A stretch of DNA of 33,481 nucleotides. Origin: a virus (lineage: Duplodnaviria > Caudoviricetes). Shown here piece by piece: positions 1 to 10,165 of this stretch (the first letter of the stretch is position 1; every line of letters begins with the position of its first letter). The DNA lies in IMG/VR virus record IMGVR_UViG_3300020045_010614, positions 1 through 33,481 of that record. One strand, given 5' to 3'. Under the pieces are notes generated by a model. It did not search any database and was not told where the DNA came from. It worked only from the letters and a program-made list of their open reading frames with translations. The translations under genes were made by a program, and so were the position numbers.

Positions 1-121
1 GATCAATTCTCTGATGATTATTTAGCTGGTGTTCGTTTTGAACTTACCGTCAGCATAACCAGAGAGTACACATTACCTGTTTGCTATGCAGACAAATTCG
101 ATGCAAGTTGTTAATCATGAA
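1..121. repeat. Terminal direct repeat (left copy); circular assembly overlap
   Basis: 1-121 is identical to 33361-33481. Gene 33016..33474 runs through the repeat and is followed on the circle by the gene starting at 117. Confidence 0.97.
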
Positions 122-557
122 GAAAACAGTAGATATATTAAAACAGTTAATAAATGATCTGACACTTCTTACCAGAAGAACAATGATCGAGAACGGAGTT
201 GAATCTGATTCCGATCTGATTAAGTCCATTGAATTTATTCCTGTTCAATCAGGACTACAGCTAATTGCTAATGATTATTATCAGTATGTAAGTACTGGTA
301 GAAGACCAAAAGCACGTAAAGTACCTATTGAGGATTTGATTGTATGGATTAAACAGAATGGTATTGGAGCAGGTAATGTAAACGGACTTGCTTGGGCAAT
401 ACAACAAAGTATATATAAACAAGGTATTAAAGGTAAAACATTTACAACAGAGGTGGAAGATAATGTTGCTGATATGAGTTCAGAAGAACTTGCAGAGGTA
501 TTATCCAATCTAATTGCTGATGAAATGGTTGATGCTTTTAAACCGTTGACAAAATAA
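117..557 (+). CDS. Putative neck/tail-completion protein
   Basis: ATG at 117 lies 2 nt after the upstream stop (114 = 33474), so it is preferred over TTG 81. The pattern 'YYQYVSTGRRP...VPIEDLIVWIK...LAWAIQQSIYKQGIKG' resembles phage neck proteins, and the gene sits in the tail region. Confidence 0.55.
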   Translation: MKKTVDILKQLINDLTLLTRRTMIENGVESDSDLIKSIEFIPVQSGLQLIANDYYQYVSTGRRPKARKVPIEDLIVWIKQNGIGAGNVNGLAWAIQQSIYKQGIKGKTFTTEVEDNVADMSSEELAEVLSNLIADEMVDAFKPLTK

Positions 558-579
558 AATAAAATAAAAAATAGAATAA

Positions 580-2904
580 ATGGCAGTTACATATATTTAT
601 TGTGAAGGTTGTAGTGGAGCAGAAGCTACTGTTGAGGTAACAATGACCGATGGTGGTTGTATTGTTGTTCAAGACGGATACAACGGTGGTGAATACGTTT
701 ATCGTACTGAACAACAAATTGATTTTACTATTCCAAGTGCTATTGATTGTGATCTAACCATCAGGTATTTAAAAACAACATCATACAACGGAACGTTTGC
801 AGGTAGTCCTACATACGATTATTATACTATTGTTTTGCCAGCAGGTGATACATCAGTAACAATTTATAATCAGGTATGTCAATGGAATACAGTTGCTGAT
901 AATTTTTATGATGAACAAACATCAATATATTCATTAGAATCACAAGCAAGTTTACCAAGTTGTTCACAAGCTGGTGGATGTAATCTTGAGATTACTGGAT
1001 ATACATCTACAGCACCAAGTTTATTAGGATCATCAGACGGTTCACTTACCGTTTACATTTCTGGTGCTACAGGTAGTTCATTCACATTTAGATTGAACGG
1101 TGGTACACCACAATCAAGTGCAACCTTTACTGGTCTTGCTGCTGGAACATATCAGGTTAGAGTTGATGAAGGTGGATGTTATGATAGTGTGACTATTGTT
1201 GTTGCCAATGGTGCGTTTACCACAGCAGCATTTACTGTTGTAGAACCGAGTACGATACTAGCATCAGAGAATCCAATAATGTTATCAATAGCAACAGCTA
1301 TTTTTGATGGTAACTCTGATGTTTCAGAAACTACACTTACAATACAATCAGGCATTACAAGTGGTTACAGAATTGTATTCAATTTAACATCACCCGTTGA
1401 ATATACTGCAACGTTCTATGCTAAATCTTTTCCAAATAAGATTAATTATTTCTTATCTAATACATTAACAGATAGTGGTAATAATTATATAAAGAATAAT
1501 AATAATAATGAAATAGCTGATAGTCTTGCACAGGTTCTTCAAGATGATATTATTATTAATAGTAATTATTATATAAATGTAAGTTCTAATGTAGTAACAC
1601 TAGTTGCTAAAACAAGTTCGTCACGCTTTGACATTACAACTTCAAACGTAACAACCTATAATGCAGCTAATGCTGTTGTCACTACAGGAGTAACACTTAC
1701 CGTTGTCGAAAACGGATCGGATTATTATGAAGGTGATATTCTTGATAACTATAATATCTTTTCAGAAGTATACGGTAGCAAAACCAATATCGAATACGGT
1801 ACTACTTTATCTACTGGTTTATTTGATCGTCAGACAGAACTTCAATTACCATATCAGAAAGATAATATCATGAAGTTTGATTTTTCTGAGATATGTAAAT
1901 CTTTTGTTCATACACCTAAACCTGATTATGAACTATCTGGTTTTACAACCATTACCACGTATATGCAACCGTTCTTTTTTAAATACGGTGAAATATATCC
2001 GTTAATCGCTAACACAAATACCAATAAGAAGAGACTTAAAGGGACAACGGGTTATAAGTGGGTATGTAATGCTGCTTTGGATTATGAGCAGGAGAATAGT
2101 ATGAGTGGTTATACTGGTACTACATTAAGTACTTATTTAAGAAATGTACCGTTTTTAACTAATAGTCCAACAGTTAAACAAGCATCAAGAGAACAACGTG
2201 AATTATTGTATTTTATTGTACCTAAAAATCTTAATCAGGGAACATTAGCTGTTAAAGGTGATATTGTTTTTTGGGATGGGACAACATTAGCAAGTCAGAC
2301 ATTTATCACTATATCAACAGGTAGTACTAATTTCGGTGGTGCATTCTGTGTTAACGTATCGTTTGATATTCTTGGTCTTGATGTAATAGAATCATCAAAT
2401 AATAAATTAATCAAACAATTAAACATTGGTGTTTATAGTGGAACAGGTACTACTAGAAATGTAACGGAATTAAAATCATTCGCTTATGATCTTGAAGAGC
2501 GTACTAACAGAGTAGGTATTAGTTGGTTGAATAAACTTGGTACTTTTGATTCTTTTGATTTTACTGGTCTTGCTGAAAATGGTCTTGACCGTACATCTAA
2601 ATCATATACTATTGCTCGTGATATAAACCTTGATGGTTCATTAAATAAAGGATTTAAATATAATGCTACTTATGATACTGCTGTTACCAAGAAGTTAACG
2701 GTTAATAGTGGTTGGATTAATAGTCAGACTTTTGATTGGTTAATGGAATTAATTAACAGTAATGAAGTATATGTATATTCAAACGACTATGACAACTATG
2801 TTAATATAACAGGTTTCAAATATAGTAAATCATCTAATGATACATTATATAACCTAGAACTTCAATTTAATGAAACTATAAGTCAAAATAATATAACTAT
2901 ATAA
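580..2904 (+). CDS. Tail structural protein with N-terminal Ig/SprB-like extension
   Basis: 774 aa, Thr/Ser-rich and beta-like. SprB-like 'QSSATFTGLAAGTYQVRVD'; C-terminal 'WLNKLGTFDSFDF...LTVNSGWI...WLMELINSNEVY' is typical of distal-tail-region proteins in Bacteroidota phages. Confidence 0.6.
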   Translation: MAVTYIYCEGCSGAEATVEVTMTDGGCIVVQDGYNGGEYVYRTEQQIDFTIPSAIDCDLTIRYLKTTSYNGTFAGSPTYDYYTIVLPAGDTSVTIYNQVCQWNTVADNFYDEQTSIYSLESQASLPSCSQAGGCNLEITGYTSTAPSLLGSSDGSLTVYISGATGSSFTFRLNGGTPQSSATFTGLAAGTYQVRVDEGGCYDSVTIVVANGAFTTAAFTVVEPSTILASENPIMLSIATAIFDGNSDVSETTLTIQSGITSGYRIVFNLTSPVEYTATFYAKSFPNKINYFLSNTLTDSGNNYIKNNNNNEIADSLAQVLQDDIIINSNYYINVSSNVVTLVAKTSSSRFDITTSNVTTYNAANAVVTTGVTLTVVENGSDYYEGDILDNYNIFSEVYGSKTNIEYGTTLSTGLFDRQTELQLPYQKDNIMKFDFSEICKSFVHTPKPDYELSGFTTITTYMQPFFFKYGEIYPLIANTNTNKKRLKGTTGYKWVCNAALDYEQENSMSGYTGTTLSTYLRNVPFLTNSPTVKQASREQRELLYFIVPKNLNQGTLAVKGDIVFWDGTTLASQTFITISTGSTNFGGAFCVNVSFDILGLDVIESSNNKLIKQLNIGVYSGTGTTRNVTELKSFAYDLEERTNRVGISWLNKLGTFDSFDFTGLAENGLDRTSKSYTIARDINLDGSLNKGFKYNATYDTAVTKKLTVNSGWINSQTFDWLMELINSNEVYVYSNDYDNYVNITGFKYSKSSNDTLYNLELQFNETISQNNITI

Positions 2905-4889
2905 TGTCTAACTTAAACAATTTACGTATTGAATTATCCAACGGTAATCGTTTGGATTATAAAAGAGCAGAGGATTTAGGAATTAAACTTAATCGTATTG
3001 TTGATGATTTCACTGATCCTTCAAAACGTTTCGGTGAGTTTAGCTATACATTTAATTTACCACGTACAAAGAACAATGATGAACAATTTGAATATCCAGA
3101 TGCAAGAGGACGGATTAAAATCTTTGTTGGTAAGACATTCGAATGTAATGTATATAATAATAATGTTCTTCTTCTTCAGGGAATAATTGAACTTACTGAT
3201 GTAAATCAGGATGATTATAAATGTAGATTCTATTCAAAATTCACACAGTTAATTGATGATTTAAAAGGTAAGTCATTAAATGAAATGGAATACCTACCAA
3301 CCATTGAATGGGATTATGAAATGACTATCGTTGAACATATCAAAGTAGCACCTGTTAGTGAGCATATAGAATTTCCATTGGTATTTTATAAGACTCCGTT
3401 TATATCTGGTGGTACTGATGTAAGTACACAAGCAGGATTTATTGCAGAAGCTAATTTAGGATACTATTATAATTATGTAGTTAGTTCTTTACCATACGGT
3501 GAAGAGAACCCATTATATGAAGCAGCGTTTCCACCAGCAATATATTTAAAGTCTATCGTTGACGGAATGTTTTCTGATGCAGGTTGGTCATATCAAAGTA
3601 GTTTCTTTAACCGTTCAGATATTCAGAAGATCATTATTCCATTTACTGGAAAAGGAGAGGACTTCACTGGTTCGGTTATCACAGGCAGTACAGATTATCT
3701 TAATCTTAATAAGCTACTTCCAGATATTAAACAAAGTGATTTCTTAAAGACCGTATTGAATGTATTCAATTTGTATATGGTTATAAATCCATACAACAAA
3801 TCCGTTGTCATTGAAACATACTCTACATTGTTTAGTGATAATTCTAATCCATATCCAATAAATGTATTTGATTATGAAAAAAGTAAGATAGAGGATAATA
3901 TATCAATAACATTGGATGAAGACGATACAAATAATTTTCCTCTTGGATTTAACAGGATCATGGATTACAGTTCTTTATCTAACACTAATCCAACCTATAA
4001 CGTGAACACTTGTATTGATATCAGATTATCAATTAGCAGACCAAGAATAACAACAACATATAAGAAAGACGTATATAATAAACTCTGGAATAAGACAACG
4101 GGAACTGGTAATATCAAATTAGGTATATCACCAGTTAATTATTATCCATATAATATAATTAATGAGCGTAGTTTATATAATGCAACAACTACAATACCTC
4201 AACTTTGGACTGTTGGATTACCATTGATTAGTAGACAAACACCGCAGGATAATGATGGTAATAACTATGCATCTTCTGAATCAGATAACTATGTTCAGGG
4301 TAATGATCCAAATAATTTCAGTTATGATGGTGGTTTAAAGTTTTTATATTATTATGGAAAAGCAGCATGGGATGGTGCAGTAGATGGTGGATCATTATAT
4401 AAAGAATGGTTATGGACAGGTATTGCAACTGGTGGTACGGTTACCGTTCCTACTTTTGCTCGTGTACCTGTTTGTATTGCAAGTCCTTTCCGTCTTCTTT
4501 CAGAATCAGAATATAATGATTTAATAACAAGTGGATTTATATCTGTTGACGATCAGGTAACAGAGATAGGAGCAGAAGCACATTCAGTATTACTTACCTA
4601 CTTAGGTGCTGGTACTGTTGGAGATAGTCATGATCCTACCTACTTCAATCTTACTTTTGGTGAAAACGGATTATATGATAATCTCTATACAGTATTTCAT
4701 AAACCTAAGTTAGATGATTTAACTAATAATTATCTACTTTCTGGAACAATGAGAATGAATGAAAATGATTGGAAAGAAATGCAGATTAACCGTACACTGA
4801 TATTTGACGGTGAACTATATAGACTTGTTTCAATTAAAAACTATGATCCGATTGCCAAAATAGCAGAAATAGAGTTATTGAAGAAATAA
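2904..4889 (+). CDS. Putative tail tip/baseplate hub protein
   Basis: 661 aa. N-terminal 'SKRFGEFSYTFNLPRTKNN', central 'LLPDIKQSDFLKTVLNVFNL', C-terminal 'YRLVSIKNYDP...IELLK'. Lies immediately upstream of the tape measure gene. Confidence 0.6.
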   Translation: MSNLNNLRIELSNGNRLDYKRAEDLGIKLNRIVDDFTDPSKRFGEFSYTFNLPRTKNNDEQFEYPDARGRIKIFVGKTFECNVYNNNVLLLQGIIELTDVNQDDYKCRFYSKFTQLIDDLKGKSLNEMEYLPTIEWDYEMTIVEHIKVAPVSEHIEFPLVFYKTPFISGGTDVSTQAGFIAEANLGYYYNYVVSSLPYGEENPLYEAAFPPAIYLKSIVDGMFSDAGWSYQSSFFNRSDIQKIIIPFTGKGEDFTGSVITGSTDYLNLNKLLPDIKQSDFLKTVLNVFNLYMVINPYNKSVVIETYSTLFSDNSNPYPINVFDYEKSKIEDNISITLDEDDTNNFPLGFNRIMDYSSLSNTNPTYNVNTCIDIRLSISRPRITTTYKKDVYNKLWNKTTGTGNIKLGISPVNYYPYNIINERSLYNATTTIPQLWTVGLPLISRQTPQDNDGNNYASSESDNYVQGNDPNNFSYDGGLKFLYYYGKAAWDGAVDGGSLYKEWLWTGIATGGTVTVPTFARVPVCIASPFRLLSESEYNDLITSGFISVDDQVTEIGAEAHSVLLTYLGAGTVGDSHDPTYFNLTFGENGLYDNLYTVFHKPKLDDLTNNYLLSGTMRMNENDWKEMQINRTLIFDGELYRLVSIKNYDPIAKIAEIELLKK

Positions 4890-4890
4890 A

Positions 4891-4906
4891 TTAATTATAA
4901 AGAAAA
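4891..4906 (+). promoter_or_regulatory. Conserved 16-mer TTAATTATAAAGAAAA, putative late promoter (tape measure)
   Basis: Exact copy 9 nt before ATG 4916; one of 8 identical intergenic copies. Confidence 0.8.
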
Positions 4907-4915
4907 GAATATAAG

Positions 4916-7264
4916 ATGTGTGCTAAAAGATCGGTAGAACTCGATATTAAAGTAACTGGTGAAAATCAGATTAATGACATTAATAATGAACTTAAAGAAA
5001 CGTCCATTAATGCTGAAAAAGTTGCTGATCAAACCTTAAAACTTACCAAAGGTATTGCTGGTGGTTTTGAATTAGCTGCACAGGCAGCAGGTTATTTTGG
5101 TGAAGAAACTGGTAAGGCATTCGAAGAAACTGTTCAACGTGCAACACAGTATATTGCTCTTTCTAATGCTCTTAAAGATGTTGCAGAAGGTTTTTCAAAA
5201 GAGAATGTTAAAGGTCTTACAGCAATCTTTAAAGGTTTTACCAAAGCAGGTATAGGTGCAAAGTTATTTGGTACTACCACTGCTGCTGCTATTACGGCAA
5301 CGGGTATTGGTGCTTTCGTGGTTGCTATTGGTCTTCTTGCAGCTAATTGGGAAGCAGTTACTGATGCTGTTGGAGAGTTCATTGACAGCATACCGTTCTT
5401 GAAAAGTATTAAGGACACGGTTAACGAATTAATTGATAGAGTTGGTTCATTATCCAATTTATTGGATGGTGTTGGAGCATTCATTGTTGCTTTATTCACA
5501 GAAGGTAAATCTGCTGTTGACGAATTTAATAAAGCTATAACAGAAGGTAAAGTTCAAGAGGAACTTGAAGGTCAGTATGAGAAGTTAGTTACTCTTAATA
5601 AGGAACGTGAAAACTCTATTAAACTTCTTGAAAAGGAAGGTAATAAAGAAAAGGAAGTATTTGCTATCCGTAGACAGGTATATACCGAAATCATAGCCAA
5701 TCTTGAGAAACGTAAGAAACTTAGTGAAGACGAAATTAAACAACTTGAAGATGCTAAGTTTCAGTTGAAGTTATTGGCTATTGAAGAAAAGAAATACTAC
5801 GATCTTAAGAAGAAAGAATCTGCTGATGCTATTGCCAAAGCTAAAGAAGTAAGAGATAAAGAGAAAGAAGAACAAAGAAAGATTAACGAAGAGAGATTAA
5901 AGAATGAAGAAGAGGCAATTAAAAGGATTCGTGATATTAACATTGCTCTTGAAGCAGATAAAAGAAAAGCAGCTATTGATACTATCAATGCTGAATTTGA
6001 TGATCGTGTTGATCAATTAAAAATAGGTGATAAGTATTATACTGAAGAAGTTCTTAAACTTAATGAACTCCGTAATCTTAAAATAAAAGAACAGAACGAT
6101 AAATTTGCAGAAGAAGACAGACAAATAGCAATAAAAATTGCTGAAGAAAATCTTGAACGTATTGTAAAAACAAGTGAAATGCTTGCAGAATCAGGTGCTT
6201 TCGATGAATTGAAGAGAAAGTTCAATGGTGTTTTTGATGATCCTACTGGTAGAGATGCTTTATTATTACTTCAAGTATATTTAGGACAACTAAGTCGTCT
6301 TGGGGTTGATACAACAGAATCACTAAATCAAATAAACGATGCACTTGCATTAGTTGGATTAGCAGTTAATGAATACGGAGATTTAATTGAAGTAGTAGCT
6401 GAAAAACCTAAAGTATTAAGTGAAGCATGGAGAGAAGGATTTACTGATACAGCAGAATTAATAATTGCTTATGCTGAATTAGCTGGTGATAATATAGGTC
6501 AGATATTTGATATTCTTGTTGAAAGACAACAGAAAGAACTTGAAGGACTTTCACTTCAATTCCAATTAATTGATAGTCAGTATACAGAAGCAGTTAATAA
6601 CCGTAGAGCATTGGAAGCTGAATTGGCAACTGCTCAAGGTGCACGTTATGATGAAATTATTAATAGTTTAAAAGAAGAGGAAGAACAGGAGAAACGTTTA
6701 GCTGCTGAAAAAGAAAAACTAGCTAAGAAGCAGATTGATATTCAGAACAAAATAAACCAACAGGAGTATGCTAATGCTGTTATTCAATCTACTATTTTAA
6801 CAGCTAATGCAATTCTTGCTGCACTTGCAACTGTACCACCAGCATCATTCGTTTTTGCTGCTATTACAGCAGGTTTGGCAGCAGTTCAGACTGCAATAGT
6901 AATTGCCAATAAGCCTAAACCGATTACGTATGCTACAGGTGGTTTCACGGAAGGAATTGGTCAGGTAGATCATACTGGTCATGAAGTAGCTGGTGTGGTT
7001 CATGCTAATGAGTATGTAGTACCGTCTTCGGTATTAAATACTGATACTGGTTACCGTATGGTTGCAGCACTGGAAGCAATGAGACAAGGTAAACCGACTT
7101 TCGCAGACGGTGGACTTACAACACCTAATATAGATAATAAGGGTTCTAACGGTACAGAATCGTTATTGGCAGCATTACAGGGTCTTAATTTACAAGTAGC
7201 TGTTACCGAAATAAATACCGTAAGCAACAGAGTACGTGTTATTGAAGAAAAAGCAAGTATATAA
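4916..7264 (+). CDS. Tape measure protein
   Basis: 782 aa with Ala/Gly-rich hydrophobic helices ('ITATGIGAFVVAIGLLAANW'), a long E/K coiled coil and C-terminal 'YATGG...AGVVHANEYVVP...FADGG'. Confidence 0.85.
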   Translation: MCAKRSVELDIKVTGENQINDINNELKETSINAEKVADQTLKLTKGIAGGFELAAQAAGYFGEETGKAFEETVQRATQYIALSNALKDVAEGFSKENVKGLTAIFKGFTKAGIGAKLFGTTTAAAITATGIGAFVVAIGLLAANWEAVTDAVGEFIDSIPFLKSIKDTVNELIDRVGSLSNLLDGVGAFIVALFTEGKSAVDEFNKAITEGKVQEELEGQYEKLVTLNKERENSIKLLEKEGNKEKEVFAIRRQVYTEIIANLEKRKKLSEDEIKQLEDAKFQLKLLAIEEKKYYDLKKKESADAIAKAKEVRDKEKEEQRKINEERLKNEEEAIKRIRDINIALEADKRKAAIDTINAEFDDRVDQLKIGDKYYTEEVLKLNELRNLKIKEQNDKFAEEDRQIAIKIAEENLERIVKTSEMLAESGAFDELKRKFNGVFDDPTGRDALLLLQVYLGQLSRLGVDTTESLNQINDALALVGLAVNEYGDLIEVVAEKPKVLSEAWREGFTDTAELIIAYAELAGDNIGQIFDILVERQQKELEGLSLQFQLIDSQYTEAVNNRRALEAELATAQGARYDEIINSLKEEEEQEKRLAAEKEKLAKKQIDIQNKINQQEYANAVIQSTILTANAILAALATVPPASFVFAAITAGLAAVQTAIVIANKPKPITYATGGFTEGIGQVDHTGHEVAGVVHANEYVVPSSVLNTDTGYRMVAALEAMRQGKPTFADGGLTTPNIDNKGSNGTESLLAALQGLNLQVAVTEINTVSNRVRVIEEKASI

Positions 7265-7288
7265 AAAAAGGCAAAAAATATAAAGTAA

Positions 7289-7304
7289 TTAATTATAAAG
7301 AAAA
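7289..7304 (+). promoter_or_regulatory. Conserved 16-mer, putative late promoter (protease/scaffold)
   Basis: Exact copy ending 1 nt before ATG 7306. Confidence 0.75.
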
Positions 7305-7305
7305 C

Positions 7306-8487
7306 ATGAAAACAATTATACCATTAATAGAATTTACTTTCGATGAAAATAATCCAATGTCTGGTATGAAAGCGATATCTATGGTTGAAGACCCTGCAAT
7401 AGAATCAAAATTTCAGTATTTTAATAATGACAAACCAAAACCACAATACTTTAAAATTGAAGGTTATGAAGGTTATGTTCAAGGTCTTGCATTGATTCCT
7501 GATAAAATGATCTATCGTTTAGATAGTAATAATAACCCTTATTATGGTTATTTTAGTGTTGATACGATCAAGAAATTGAAGAACAAATTCCACAAAGAAT
7601 TGATGACTAACAATATCAACACAGATCATTCAAATAATACCGTTGACGGTTATTTAACCGAATCTTATATTATACAAGATGAGCATCAATTAGCTAGTGT
7701 TAAAAGTAAAGGTATTGAAGATGCAACATTAGGTAGTTGGTTTGTTCAATACAAAATTGAAGATGAAGCTACGTTTAAAAGAGTAGTAGACGGTGAACTA
7801 GCAGGGTTTTCAATAGAGGCTTTTTTACACACGTTCTTAAAAGTAAATAATAAACCGAATAAAATAGAAGAGAAAATGAATAAATTAATTGAAAAGTTCG
7901 AGGCACTCTTGAACGAAATGAAAGGTGAAAAGTTTGAAACAGCCAAAATTTATGATGGTGTTGATCAAGTTGAATGGAGCGAAATAGGCGCACCAGTTAA
8001 CATAATTCTTCCTGATGGTAATAATAAATTAGCGGAAGCTGGTTCATATATTACTGATACAGAAAAGGAATTAATGGTTGATGCAGCAGGAAATTTAATG
8101 GAGATCAAATCAGTAGCAAAAGAGATATCCGTAGACAATCCAACTGAAGTTGCAGCAGAAGAAGTTGAGATTGTAATTGTACCAGAAGGTGATATGTTAC
8201 CTTCAGGTGAAACAAAGCCAATGGTTGATGAAGAAAAAGAATCAATGAAAGCATTGATTGCTTCATTACAAGCTGAATTAGAATCGATGAAGAAAGTAAA
8301 ATCAGAGATGCAATCTAATTTCGAAAAGGAGATTGAGGTTCTTAAAAAAGCACCGCTTACTAATCCAGTTATTGTAACTAAAGAAAAAGCAGAATTCAAT
8401 AAAGAAGAATTTGCTAAACTTTCAGTAGCAGAAAAGATTGCGATTAAGAACGGAATTGAACTTCCAAAGAATTTTGCAAAAAAATAA
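7306..8487 (+). CDS. Prohead serine protease (XkdF-like) fused to scaffolding domain
   Basis: 'GLALIPDKMIYR', 'NINTDHS', 'GSWFVQYKI...GELAGFSIE' match XkdF-type proteases. The C-terminal half is acidic/coiled-coil, and the gene lies directly upstream of the capsid gene. Confidence 0.8.
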   Translation: MKTIIPLIEFTFDENNPMSGMKAISMVEDPAIESKFQYFNNDKPKPQYFKIEGYEGYVQGLALIPDKMIYRLDSNNNPYYGYFSVDTIKKLKNKFHKELMTNNINTDHSNNTVDGYLTESYIIQDEHQLASVKSKGIEDATLGSWFVQYKIEDEATFKRVVDGELAGFSIEAFLHTFLKVNNKPNKIEEKMNKLIEKFEALLNEMKGEKFETAKIYDGVDQVEWSEIGAPVNIILPDGNNKLAEAGSYITDTEKELMVDAAGNLMEIKSVAKEISVDNPTEVAAEEVEIVIVPEGDMLPSGETKPMVDEEKESMKALIASLQAELESMKKVKSEMQSNFEKEIEVLKKAPLTNPVIVTKEKAEFNKEEFAKLSVAEKIAIKNGIELPKNFAKK

Positions 8488-8493
8488 CATTAC

Positions 8494-8509
8494 TTAATTA
8501 TAAAGAAAA
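8494..8509 (+). promoter_or_regulatory. Conserved 16-mer, putative late promoter (capsid)
   Basis: Exact copy 12 nt before ATG 8522. Confidence 0.8.
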
Positions 8510-8521
8510 GAATTAAATTTT

Positions 8522-9457
8522 ATGTCAACAACTAGAAGTTTCACCAGTACATTCGCTGGAAAGGCAGCAGCACCTTACTTGCTTGCAAGCGTGTTCTCAG
8601 GAGCAATCGCAAATATCCAAGGTATTGGAATCCATACAGGAGTAAAATACAAAGAAGTATTAAAGAAATTGACCAGTTCATCAGTAGTACAATCAGGTAG
8701 TACTTGTATGGATTGGACACCAACAGGAACTTATACAATTTCACAAGTTGTATTAGAACCAAAACCGTTGGTTATCAATGCTGAATTCTGTTTCTCAGAT
8801 TTCTATGCATTGTGGGATTCTGCTGATATGGCAGATGGTATGAATGCTGAAAATCCTCCAGCAAATTGGGAAGATGCAGTAATTGCAAATCAATTAAATG
8901 CTGCACAAGCAACTAACGATAAGTTACAAGCTATCGGTGCATCATCTGGTATGACTGGTCTTGATACCTTAATTTCAGGTCTTGCTACACAAGCAAAAGC
9001 TGGTACTGGTTCAGGTCAGAAAATCACAGGTACTACACTTACCAAATCTAACATAGTTGCTGCTATGGAAGGTATGTTCGATGCATTACCAACAAACGTT
9101 CCATTCAATGTGGATGAATTAGTATTGATTGTTTCTAAGAAGGCTTTGTTCTTCTACAAGCAAGCAATGGCTGCACAAGGACTTAACACAACAGCTAACG
9201 ATCAACCAGAAACCATTTATGGTGTTGAGATTGTTGCCGTTGACGGTTTAAGTGCAACTCCTAACGTTATGTTACTTCAAGAAAGAAAGAACATTCATAT
9301 CGGTTACGATTTGAAATCTGACGAATCAGAAATTGCTATTATCGATTTCCGTTACACCACTGGTGCAGAGAAAGTTGGTTTCAAAGCAAAATGGAAATTT
9401 GACATTAAGTATGCGTTTCCTACTGAAGTTGTAATTTACGGAACATCATTCGTATAA
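8522..9457 (+). CDS. Major capsid protein
   Basis: 311 aa following the protease/scaffold, with an HK97-like layout ('LEPKPLVINAEFC', 'IYGVEIVAVDGL', 'FPTEVVIY'). Confidence 0.8.
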   Translation: MSTTRSFTSTFAGKAAAPYLLASVFSGAIANIQGIGIHTGVKYKEVLKKLTSSSVVQSGSTCMDWTPTGTYTISQVVLEPKPLVINAEFCFSDFYALWDSADMADGMNAENPPANWEDAVIANQLNAAQATNDKLQAIGASSGMTGLDTLISGLATQAKAGTGSGQKITGTTLTKSNIVAAMEGMFDALPTNVPFNVDELVLIVSKKALFFYKQAMAAQGLNTTANDQPETIYGVEIVAVDGLSATPNVMLLQERKNIHIGYDLKSDESEIAIIDFRYTTGAEKVGFKAKWKFDIKYAFPTEVVIYGTSFV

Positions 9458-9462
9458 TAATA

Positions 9463-9494
9463 AAACTGGACATGTTTAACAACGTGTCCAGTTT
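9463..9494 (+). terminator. 14-bp stem-loop after capsid gene (weak terminator or mRNA stabiliser)
   Basis: aaactggacatgtt-taac-aacgtgtccagttt with one G:U pair; the U-tract is short. Confidence 0.55.
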
Positions 9495-9532
9495 ACAAAT
9501 AACATTAGGAAATTAAAAAATAAAAATAAATT

Positions 9533-10045
9533 ATGTCATGTTTAATTAATGCAGGTTTAGATAGAGATTGTGGATTCAGCTTCGGTGGATTATCTGCACT
9601 TTATTTAATCTCAAAGGAACAAGTGGCAAGCGTGGCAAAATCAAGTGATAATACCATTACAGGTATTACATTGACTACAGGTGCTACTACTTTTCACGAA
9701 TATCAATTTGAACCAAACACTGGTCAACTATTACAAGAATTACAAGCAGGAAGTGCAAGTCGTTTCGTAAATCAAACCGTTAACGGTCAATTTGCAAGCA
9801 TCACTCAAGCTAAGAAAGAAGTACTTGAAGACCTTGCTAATGCTTATGTGGTTGTTATCGCTAAAGATCAAGCAGGTAAATACTGGTATGCTGGTGAAAG
9901 TGGAAGAGGATTGATTGCAACGGCTTTATCTATTGATACAGGTCTTGCAGAAGCTGATGCTTATGTTGCTTCAATAACTTTAGTTGGTGGTGCTCTTGGG
10001 TATGCTAACGAAGTTACAAGTGCAGCAGTAACAGCAGTAATATAA
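9533..10045 (+). CDS. Putative major tail tube protein
   Basis: 170 aa after the capsid gene: 'C..SFGGLSALYL...FHEYQF...FVNQTVNGQF...VVVIAKDQAGKYWYAG...GL'. Followed by a strong terminator, consistent with a high-copy protein. Confidence 0.65.
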   Translation: MSCLINAGLDRDCGFSFGGLSALYLISKEQVASVAKSSDNTITGITLTTGATTFHEYQFEPNTGQLLQELQAGSASRFVNQTVNGQFASITQAKKEVLEDLANAYVVVIAKDQAGKYWYAGESGRGLIATALSIDTGLAEADAYVASITLVGGALGYANEVTSAAVTAVI

Positions 10046-10085
10046 TAGAATATCGTTTAGGATCGATATAGTTGGTTTAATTAAG

Positions 10086-10117
10086 AACCCTACCGTAATT
10101 GGTAGGGTTTTTTGTTT
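10086..10117 (+). terminator. Rho-independent terminator
   Basis: aaccctacc-gtaatt-ggtagggtt followed by ttttgttt. Confidence 0.85.
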
Positions 10118-10140
10118 ATATAATCTCTCAGTTTTTGGTG

Positions 10141-10156
10141 TTAATTATAAAGAAAA
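10141..10156 (+). promoter_or_regulatory. Conserved 16-mer, putative late promoter
   Basis: Exact copy just after a terminator and 9 nt before ATG 10166. Confidence 0.85.
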
Positions 10157-10165
10157 GGAATAATA

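Noticed and set aside
81-116. TTG start at 81
   Set aside because: Overlaps the 3' end of the upstream gene on the circle; ATG 117 fits better.
1-121. Terminal repeat as biological virion DTR
   Set aside because: It falls mid-gene and its length fits an assembler k-mer overlap; it only shows circularity.
1495-1510. AAT microsatellite
   Set aside because: A short in-frame poly-Asn run with no sign of phase variation.
281-8762. Short antisense or alternate-frame ORFs (281, 2998, 3559, 5134, 5797, 6037, 7746, 7775, 7965, 8541)
   Set aside because: Shadows of well-supported + strand genes with biased composition and no motifs.
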